A stretch of DNA of 64,000 bases from Chloroflexota bacterium (GTDB lineage: Bacteria; Chloroflexota; UBA11872; VXNJ01): contig OZ253449.1 in assembly GCA_965261345.1 (NCBI GenBank), positions 1,280,001 through 1,344,000 on the forward strand, read 5' to 3'. Position numbers and translations under genes: made by a program. Each line of letters begins with the position of its first letter. Within the stretch, counting starts at the first letter, position 1. The notes beneath the pieces were generated by a model. It was not told the origin of the DNA, ran no database searches, and was given only the letters and a program-made list of their open reading frames with translations. This document shows, piece after piece, positions 56,212-64,000 of the stretch.

Positions 56212-57013
56212 GCAATGGTGAACGACCTCCAAATCTGGAACCATTTTTGACGCGAACGCGGAGAAGGCACGAGTTCCGCCGCCTCTACCCTGAATAGATA
56301 TAACTCTGTTTATGGTTGATGCCGTTGGATACATCGCTCCGAGTTGGTAGTGTTCGCCGTTAAATAGTGGATCAAAGTGGACGTCTTGCCTGACAAAGGG
56401 TCGGTGGAGCGCATGTCGAAGTGAGGCGCCAGGTTCAAAAGAAGCTTCCATGCCCCTCCTGACATTTGACAACGATTTCCGGTGCCACTTGATCAGTTCG
56501 TCGTTCGCCGGGGGCGCCTCCGCGCCCAAAAACTGGTTGTAGAACATAATCATTCTTATAGAACGTGCTGCCAGCGCTTCTTCATCGAAGCTGTATGCGT
56601 ATTCGTCGCGGCTGGTTTTCAGTCCGCCGCCGTACAACCCAAAGATTGCTTGTTCAGCAAAGGCGCCCTTGTTCCTTGGATCACCAATAGCCGAATAGGT
56701 TTGAAATCGCAGGTCACGCTGGTTTAGCCAATCGCCATGGTCGTCGGGGTGAATCTCCTGCCATTTGTCAATTCCATTGATTGACGCTGCAACCTCGACC
56801 GCCGCAAGCTTTTGGGCAGTCGTCAGGTAGTCGTCAACCGCTCGGTAATTGATGCGAGCCTTGGCATGACCGTTGACCGGATTAGACCTAATAAGAATTA
56901 CGATGCATACTCCGGCACGAGAAGATTGCCCGAACACCTTCCCGCCTTCGCGTTTCCACGTTTCGCCGGAAGTCCTCGCGTTTCCTCTCAAGTCATAGAT
57001 ATAAATCTCATTA
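55490..57013 (-). other. Silent inverted alternative 3' cassette (MTase C-terminus plus TRD) of the Type ISP gene
   Basis: Open ~500 codons; no ATG at its 5' boundary and an in-frame TAA 12 codons upstream; mosaic of blocks near-identical to 52039-53459 and divergent patches. Confidence 0.9.
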
Positions 57014-57171
57014 TGTTGAATCTGCGAGAAGATCGGGATCGATACTTATCAGTCAAAGTGGAAATGTGACGCGATCAAGCGCCTTGAAGAATTTCACATT
57101 CCGTATGGATAATCCGCCTGAAGGCGTTTCGGTTAAGGTTCCACAGCGGCAACGTTGGGGACTCGACAACA

Positions 57172-58050
57172 TCAATCGTTGTGCGATTGAGCGCGCACGA
57201 ATTGCTCAGCCAACTTACATTGCCCGATGTCCAGGATGACCATGCCCAATTGCATTTGGCTATGCCCTCCTTCGATCTGGGCCAAGATGGGCGTTCCTTC
57301 GAAAGAATCAAAATCTCCGACATATTCCTTGAAGACCTCGACGCTCGCTGCCAAGTCAGGAACATCTTCTTCCAACAACGCGGTTGCGATTCGAGTTAAG
57401 CATTCCATTCCAACGTGGATTTGCTCCGCTAGGTCTATATCGGTTTGCAGACCTTCAATCTCCTCGCGAAGCTTCGCCCATTCTTTGTACTCTTTGAGGA
57501 GCCGCTCCGGCGATTCACCCAGGAAGACACTGCCAACTACCTCGTCTTCATCACCGAGCCCGGAATTCACTACTACGCGCGATAGCGGCGGGCCGACGTG
57601 CTGTATGTAATTCCTGAATTTGTATAGAAATCGGTAAGCAAAGTAGTCGTCGAATTCTGCGCTGCATGCGGCTTCCCAGGTAGTCAACCGGTCTCCGCCG
57701 TCGCGGTCGTCGCGTCGTTTGAGATCGGTGGCTGCGTGATCCAGAAACATTCGCATGCTGGTCAGGAAATTGACAATCGCTGTTGTCAATTGAGAGGTCA
57801 ATAGCGGGAATTCAGATTGCTGAACGGATTGTTGACTAGAAGCCCTAGTTACAAGACTCGTTTCCAAATTGACAAACGTCCGGTAGTTTTCAGCCAGCAC
57901 TGCAAACGCGACTCGTCTGAATACTCTCCAAATGCAACTGTTTGCTTCCGCCAATCGCTCACGTTCGCCGGTCGAAAGACTTCGAACCTGTTTGATTCCG
58001 ATTTGGTCGCCCTCTTGAGAGACCATGTCCGCGACTATGTATTGGACCAA
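57172..58050 (-). CDS. Hypothetical protein with HEPN-like RxxxxH motif
   Basis: Helical; IVNFLTSMRMFLDH and FLYKFRNYIQH. Confidence 0.6.
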   Translation of the reverse strand: MVQYIVADMVSQEGDQIGIKQVRSLSTGERERLAEANSCIWRVFRRVAFAVLAENYRTFVNLETSLVTRASSQQSVQQSEFPLLTSQLTTAIVNFLTSMRMFLDHAATDLKRRDDRDGGDRLTTWEAACSAEFDDYFAYRFLYKFRNYIQHVGPPLSRVVVNSGLGDEDEVVGSVFLGESPERLLKEYKEWAKLREEIEGLQTDIDLAEQIHVGMECLTRIATALLEEDVPDLAASVEVFKEYVGDFDSFEGTPILAQIEGGHSQMQLGMVILDIGQCKLAEQFVRAQSHND

Positions 58051-58061
58051 TGCGCGACCTC

Positions 58062-59078
58062 CTATTCGACCAATGATTCATATGCCGATAACCTGTTGAT
58101 CGACAGACGCGTTTCAAATCCTTTTTCCGAGTCGAACTCCAAATGACTGCCATGGGAAATTCCAATCCCCGAGAATTCACTCCCATCCAATACCCGGAAA
58201 GTGGAGAGCATTTTCGTGTACCACAATTCGAAATGTTCAAGAATCGTGATCTGGAATCCATCGGGCAAATCACCCTCAAATGGCCGGGTTTCGCACCCAG
58301 CGACTATTCTTGCATCGATTTCGTGACCCCAAATCGCAATGGAAATCATCGAGCACACGCACGCTGTTACCAATTGATTGAGCCCCAGCAATGGCTTAGG
58401 AGCTGTTGACCTCGCGGCGTTGAGGTTGTTCGAAACGCGTTGGTACCAACCTTCCAGGGTTTCCCCGTCAAGAGGTTGCCTTTGCCGGAAGAATTCGTTC
58501 TTCACGCTCAAAAGCTCGCTGACAGAATTGTCGTCCTGTGCCGAAGCGCATTCGGACGCAGATTTCCAAGATTGAGTTTGCTCAATAGCGGATTTAATCG
58601 GGGCGATCGCGTTTGCAAGCTGGCGCGGCATCCTACGGGCCCGATTTGATATCGCATCGCGTGAATCCGGATATGCGGGACAAAGAGGAATAGGGATGTT
58701 GTCTCGGTCAACAAAAGCTCGCGCGATTTCGGGTCGTTGACCTTCCCAGAACGTGGCGATGATCTCGGAAGTGGAATTCAACGACGTTGGTAGCACACTA
58801 AACAAATTCCGATCATTCGTGGTAATCGTGGCATTGCTCCACTTCTCGTCGTCCAGCTGCGCTAAGTACAACGCATTTGCGTGCCGCACGATGTCCGGGC
58901 CGGCCGCGATCCTTGAATCGTATTCGCGCAACGCTGTCTGTTCACCGGCCGCGGCATTACGTTTAAGTGCACCCCGAATCCTCTGTCCGAAGGCGCTAAC
59001 GCGGATGTCGCTTGCGGCCTGCGCGACCGAGCTTTCCAATTCGGAAGGAGGCGACGCATAAGAAGGATCTGAAGTCAT
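58062..59078 (-). CDS. Hypothetical protein (338 aa)
   Basis: Long ORF with AAGGT RBS-like sequence; 11 bp from the next gene; no family recognised. Confidence 0.6.
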   Translation of the reverse strand: MTSDPSYASPPSELESSVAQAASDIRVSAFGQRIRGALKRNAAAGEQTALREYDSRIAAGPDIVRHANALYLAQLDDEKWSNATITTNDRNLFSVLPTSLNSTSEIIATFWEGQRPEIARAFVDRDNIPIPLCPAYPDSRDAISNRARRMPRQLANAIAPIKSAIEQTQSWKSASECASAQDDNSVSELLSVKNEFFRQRQPLDGETLEGWYQRVSNNLNAARSTAPKPLLGLNQLVTACVCSMISIAIWGHEIDARIVAGCETRPFEGDLPDGFQITILEHFELWYTKMLSTFRVLDGSEFSGIGISHGSHLEFDSEKGFETRLSINRLSAYESLVE

Positions 59079-59439
59079 CGACTACCTTTGGCTTTTCCAA
59101 AAACCAGCGCAAATAATGAAGTCCGTCTAGTATCGCTTATTGCACGGTATCGATGGGGCGGCTCGCTCCATCCGAACATTCCTGCCTGAGTCGGAAATGG
59201 GCCGAGTGGGATTTACAAACTTTTACAAGAACTGTTCATTTGACGACTAGATATAACCGTGCTTATATCTAGTTGCCCCAAGTAATGGGTGTTCGCAGTT
59301 AGTGTGATCGGCGGGTAATCCACGGCCAGCAATCGCCAGATTGCGGTCGAGCCACCAAAGTCATTCAATTGGTCGCGTTGCTGCCGTCCGATGATGGCTC
59401 GATCCATTGGTGCGCGGTAGATAGTTCCGACTGTATTCG

Positions 59440-59660
59440 ATCCTGCTGCGCCACCAGCAGGTGATGTTCGGTTGAGGGGAAATTCAGGATATTGCTGCGG
59501 TTGAGCAGGCGGTCCGGGATGCCAGTTGCAACCCTCTTGTCCCTGAAAATCGCCCCGATCGGCAAGCAGCAGTAAAGGTGACGCTGCCGATTTCCTTGGC
59601 CAGAGCCAGGTTTTTAAGGCGATAGCGGTATATGGATTCTTCGGGCGCCACAATGGCATC
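59440..59660 (-). pseudogene. Heavily degraded IS21 istB remnant
   Basis: IFRDKRVATGIPDRLLNRSNILNF resembles the IstB C-terminus. Confidence 0.5.
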
Positions 59661-59752
59661 CTTTGCTGGGTTTGGACACACTGCAGGAAGTCTTGTGTGG
59701 TCCCTACTTCAAAAGGCGCTCACCTGTCGCACCTACTCGGAAATAGGACTCA

Positions 59753-61702
59753 CTAGCTGGTGAGCGGCTGAGTCGAAAGAATCTGGGCGCACACGTAGTG
59801 TCTGAATGATTCGACATCAGTGTAGAACCGGAATCCGGCCTGACTGGCGATGCTCTCGATCTCAGGGTCCTCGTCGATCAGTAGCGCGACCGGCTGGCTA
59901 TAGCCCTCCTGCAGGCCATTGGGCCAAGCAAGATCGAGCACCGCCAGCAGTTCCCCGGTCTCTCCGTCAACCAATTGATATAGCAATTCGCCTTCGGGTA
60001 AACCTTGGTCAATTACCCAGATATTGGTATCCAACAGCGCTTTTTCTTCATCCTCTTCTTGGATTGCCCCCAAGGAGATTTCTACCCGGTCCAATACGGA
60101 TCCGATTGACTTGGATTCAGGGACTTTGCCCTGCCACAGTTCGTCGAGGAACAGATTTGCGGCCGAGGCGAGCAATTCGCGCCGCGCCGCGAGAAATTGA
60201 CGGTAATTTTCAATCTTCCAAAGTTCCGGGTCCATCGGAATCCAATGTGATTCCATGACACCGGGGTGCTTTGCGGCAAATTCGGGGATGTACTCTGCCG
60301 GGTTCCGATTCGAGACCTTGAGATTGGTGTCCTGGGTGAGGAATGTGAAATTGGCCAGCGCGTTGACTTCCGGGCGCTCGTACCCGAACTTGTACAGGAG
60401 TGATTTGGGGAATATGTGGTGTAGTTGCAGGCTACTTAAACTGCCCAGAATGTGGCTGGACAATTCGAAATCCGTATCCCAATCCCGGGACCGGTTGACC
60501 CTGGTAAGCATGTAGAGCAGCGGATAGAAACGCGACCCGCGACTCCAAGTGGCAAAGTCATTTGGAGTGAGCTTGAGATCGCCACGATTCCGGCGCAAAC
60601 CCGCGATCAATTGTTCTAATCCCTCGCCCGCTCCTTCGATCGCTGCCAAGTCTTGGTTGAGAACCGATTCAGTCGACCCTGAATAGCGTCCCCACAGCAG
60701 TGTGTGGACGTACCAGTACAAAAGCTGGTCGCGTTCGGCCGGGTCAGAAATCGTCCCGCCTCGGTCTTCAAGGTACCTAACCATGAGCGCAAACGAATAG
60801 ACGCTCCCCAAAACCCGGTCATGATCGAGCCCAAGTCGCGACGAAATCGCGTTAAGCAGATAATCTATACGTTTTTCTGCTAGGTTCAATCCATTTTGGA
60901 AATCGCCAGGCCGCACGTTGGCGAGCGCCAGAAATAGCGCTTCGCCGGTCACCAAGCTATTGACGCACCGGAGTAGCCATTCGAGCTTGAAATTGAATCC
61001 GGCCGCCCGCCAGCGATCCAGCCGGGCAATCATTTCACGTCGAGCATCCGGCCAGGCAGCGCAGATCTTGGCCAGCGCGAGATCACCCTTCGACAGCTTT
61101 GTCCCGCCGCTGTTTACGCGGTTGAAAATTTCCACAACGACGTCGACGGTTTTGTCCTCGCCAGTAATCTCCTCGACCAATAAATTAACTTCTCTTGTCG
61201 TGGCAATCCGAGAAAGTCGGTCGTTGTAAATCTCGAAATTGTCCCGCAGCTCCGCGTCATTAAATATCCGGATCATGAACGGCCCGATCCCCTTCTTCAT
61301 GACTTCGGTAACGCTGACCCAACATGGATCCTGGTCCATCCTCATCGGCGCATAAAACTCAAACGCTTCAGTGCGCATGTTGAAGTACAAGCCGGTAAAC
61401 GTTTCGACCTTGCCCTCGAAGAATGGTGGCGCCTGACCACGGAGGATTCCATAGAGTGACGTGATTCGCTGCTGGCCATCCAGGAGCAATGTAACGAAGC
61501 CCGGCTGAAGCGTCTTGTCGCCTCGTGTGTCGACCGCTTCAGTTTTGGCAAGCCATGTCAGCAAGCTACCAACGGGGTGCCGTCGATAAAGCGAATCCAT
61601 CAGCCCCCTCACTTGGTCCCGGTTCCATACGTATCCGCGCTGGAATACAGGGAGTGCCATGGCCCCGGTGTCGATATGGTTGAGAACTGTTTCGATCTTC
61701 AA
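59753..61702 (-). CDS. GmrSD-like protein (DUF262 plus HNH-type C-terminal domain), putative modification-dependent restriction enzyme
   Basis: LPVFQRGYVW, LLDGQQRITSL, IFNRVNSGGTKL, LHHIFP, NALANFTFLTQDTN. Confidence 0.85.
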   Translation of the reverse strand: MKIETVLNHIDTGAMALPVFQRGYVWNRDQVRGLMDSLYRRHPVGSLLTWLAKTEAVDTRGDKTLQPGFVTLLLDGQQRITSLYGILRGQAPPFFEGKVETFTGLYFNMRTEAFEFYAPMRMDQDPCWVSVTEVMKKGIGPFMIRIFNDAELRDNFEIYNDRLSRIATTREVNLLVEEITGEDKTVDVVVEIFNRVNSGGTKLSKGDLALAKICAAWPDARREMIARLDRWRAAGFNFKLEWLLRCVNSLVTGEALFLALANVRPGDFQNGLNLAEKRIDYLLNAISSRLGLDHDRVLGSVYSFALMVRYLEDRGGTISDPAERDQLLYWYVHTLLWGRYSGSTESVLNQDLAAIEGAGEGLEQLIAGLRRNRGDLKLTPNDFATWSRGSRFYPLLYMLTRVNRSRDWDTDFELSSHILGSLSSLQLHHIFPKSLLYKFGYERPEVNALANFTFLTQDTNLKVSNRNPAEYIPEFAAKHPGVMESHWIPMDPELWKIENYRQFLAARRELLASAANLFLDELWQGKVPESKSIGSVLDRVEISLGAIQEEDEEKALLDTNIWVIDQGLPEGELLYQLVDGETGELLAVLDLAWPNGLQEGYSQPVALLIDEDPEIESIASQAGFRFYTDVESFRHYVCAQILSTQPLTS

Positions 61703-62060
61703 TTCGACTCACTTAAATAGGGTGCAGCTCGGTCGCTGATTGTGTGAACGTTTGTCGCTCTATTCGCGCGCCGCGGATTATTGCCCGCGGCCGCCCCTCA
61801 ATTGTCATTCGCCGCCAGCATTGAACCACTTCGCCAAGATCTTTTAGCCACCAGGGGTGCTCGCCACCGCAGCGTTTCGGCATCTTGTATTGGACCAGAC
61901 AGCAATGGCCTATTAGGAGCTTTTTCGAAATGGACACCTCCGGCTACATCGGTAACTGGCGAGAGGGCCTTGATTATTCTCGAATGCGTGAGCGTCCAAG
62001 CCAATTGGTTGGCAGGTTCAAATCTGCAAACTTGAGTTAAGGCATCGTAAGCGATCGAGA

Positions 62061-62700
62061 TCACCGTCCGGCGATTGCCCGCTTGGTGGTGTTTGCGACG
62101 AATTCGTAGTAGTCGGTATTTGCTCGCTCATCAATAGCGGTGCTGTCGCCTAATTTTCTCGAAGCCGAAATCCAAGCCATTGGATCTGGCAATGGTCTTG
62201 CGGCCGCGGCCAGCTCCCAGAAACCGAGGTTGCGGACAGGCCCGAAATCGGCTTCGTAACGGTGCAGAAAATGATCCGCGGCCTGCTTGATGCCGCGGAG
62301 GTACATGTTTATCCGGAAGTAGCCAATATCTATGGGCGGTTCCCCATAGGATGCGGCATCCCAGTCAAGTACTGCCGAAATGTGGCCTGCTTGCCACAAG
62401 GCGTTTCCTGGCCAATAGTCCATGTGAAGGTTGTTGGCGGGGCGCTGCTGATAACGGCCCTCAGTTCCCGCACAGTGGCATATATGGAGTCTGAAAGCGG
62501 GTGCCCCGACATCGACTCGGGCCAATGGCCAGAAAGACAGTAAAGGCCAAGTTCCTTGCCGTCGTACAGATTCTGGGTTTCGGCGGCCATAGGGCTGATG
62601 TCGTGAATTCGGAGGAGGACCTCGGCCTGGGCGTTAGCCCATTCGATGACGTTCTGTGGACTTGCGATCTGGATTCCGGGTACAAACGTCTCAATCCAAG
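62061..62700 (-). pseudogene. Aminoglycoside phosphotransferase/kinase-like fragment, frameshifted and 5'-truncated
   Basis: LHMDYWPGN...AVLDWD...GEP; upstream part lies in another frame. Confidence 0.7.
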
Positions 62701-62792
62701 GAATTCACGCGCGTACTGCCGGGCATAGGTTCGCTCATTCGGGCTTGGAGTCCGCAGCGCCACTGTGTTTGTCGCACAACAGTGACTATCAC

Positions 62793-64000
62793 CTAGAAAC
62801 CAGGCCGAAAAGCCCAAAACGCGCGTCGGGGCTCAAACAGATTAGCAATGACCTCGAAGACCTCCCTGAGGCCGCCAAACCGATTTAGGACACTCTGGAT
62901 CGATATTTCGTGGGAATTCTGGGCCCATGCAACGATCGCGCCGGCGGCAACCGCATTTTTAAGACCCCGCGCCAAATCCCGATTCGCAGGTCCTTCCATT
63001 ACCGGCGCAGAAGCTACTTCCCGGCCTTCGGCGACCCCGTTCCGATTGCCCTCCATCGCCATCTGCGCCGCCTCCCGGCCGTTTGCGGCGGCCGCGGTCA
63101 GCCCGGCTTCCCGGCCCGGGTCGGTTCCCGAGGGTTTCCTTTTCCACGACTCCCCTTCGGCAAGCGTTAGGTTGGCCACCGTGGCCGCCATCAGCAGCTG
63201 GAACCCGGCAAGTTGCCTGCCAAAGAACCGCGACTGGCGCACGCCCAGCTGGCAGAGCCTGGCCAGGCGGTGCTCGACGCGGGTTCTAAGGCGCGCGATC
63301 TTTAAGCCTTCCTTACTGCGCTGGCGGATGCGGGCCTGCTGCAGCAGGCGTTCCTGGGGATGGACGCTGATGCGGCGGTTGGGTTTGGTCGCAGAGCGTA
63401 TGCAGGATCTCTTGAGCGGACAGGCCGAGCACTGCTCTTTAGCGAAGTGGAAGAGGCCGGCGCGTGTCTTGGCGCTGCGCCGGGAGCGCGAGCGGCGGTA
63501 ATCGGAAGTTATCTGCCCGGCCGGGCAGGTGCAGGTTCCCTTTTCCAGATCGATGGCAAAGTCCTGCTTTACAAAGTAGCGGCTGGCTGGTTTACCCGGC
63601 GCCCTGGCGAAGAGGTCGTACCCGGCGTCGGCGAAGTCCTTGCGGGTGTCGCCAGCCTCGTAGGCGCAGTCGCCGATGACGATCTCGACTTTGGCGGCGG
63701 CGTTCTCTTCGGCCTCCCGCACCAGCGCCAGGGCGCCGCAGTTGTCGGGGGCGTTGCCCGGGATCACGTCCACCGCGGTTACCAGGCCGGTTGACAAATC
63801 TACGGCGATGGCGGCCTTGTGGCCGGCAAAGCGGTTGGTCGAGCTCTTGCGTCCATGGCGCATCTGCGGATCGTGCGCCGATATGATCCGGTCGCGTCCG
63901 CCCCGGACGATCTCCACTTCCTCGCCATCTGCGCCGTCGGCCGAATCCCTGGCCGCGACACCCCTGTCTCTGACCGCCACCGGGGCGGGATCGACCTCGC
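62793..64000 (-). mobile_element. IS1182-family transposase (runs off the window)
   Basis: DRIISAHDPQMRHGRKS, GHKA, GDCAY, CTCPAG, CSACPLKRSC, RTRVEH. Confidence 0.85.

Noticed and set aside
51942-57013. DGR-type template/variable repeat explanation for the Type ISP cassette
   Set aside because: Differences are block-wise, include indels and all four bases, and are not restricted to adenines

Overview
GC-rich bacterial chromosome segment. The gene content (many MFS transporters, an enolase-superfamily enzyme, CocE/NonD, SDR, LeuRS with an SVGH motif) suggests Chloroflexota; that is inference only. Housekeeping and metabolic blocks (1-14.8 kb with trxA and leuS; 25.8-43.4 kb with rarA and catabolic enzymes) alternate with two accessory regions. 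Island 1 (15.2-25.6 kb) has a DUF1883-TIR gene divergent from an Abi/UG-class defence reverse transcriptase with an HRDD motif. It is followed by a nested pile of IS256/IS3/IS21/IS110 pieces, a probable group II intron fragment, and BrnTA and HicAB toxin-antitoxin pairs. Island 2 (43.5-61.7 kb) is a defence island: a broken SNF2 helicase, an HsdR_N-like nuclease, a complete Type ISP restriction-modification enzyme, a HEPN-like gene pair and a GmrSD-like enzyme. The main observation is a silent, inverted second copy of the 3' third of the Type ISP gene. In it, four near-identical DNA blocks alternate with four divergent patches in the target-recognition region, which is the architecture of a combinatorial specificity-switching (shufflon-like) locus. 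Second, an intact IS110 whose bridge-RNA guides and circle-junction promoter can be read directly from the sequence. All family assignments come from motif recognition by eye; no database search was run.
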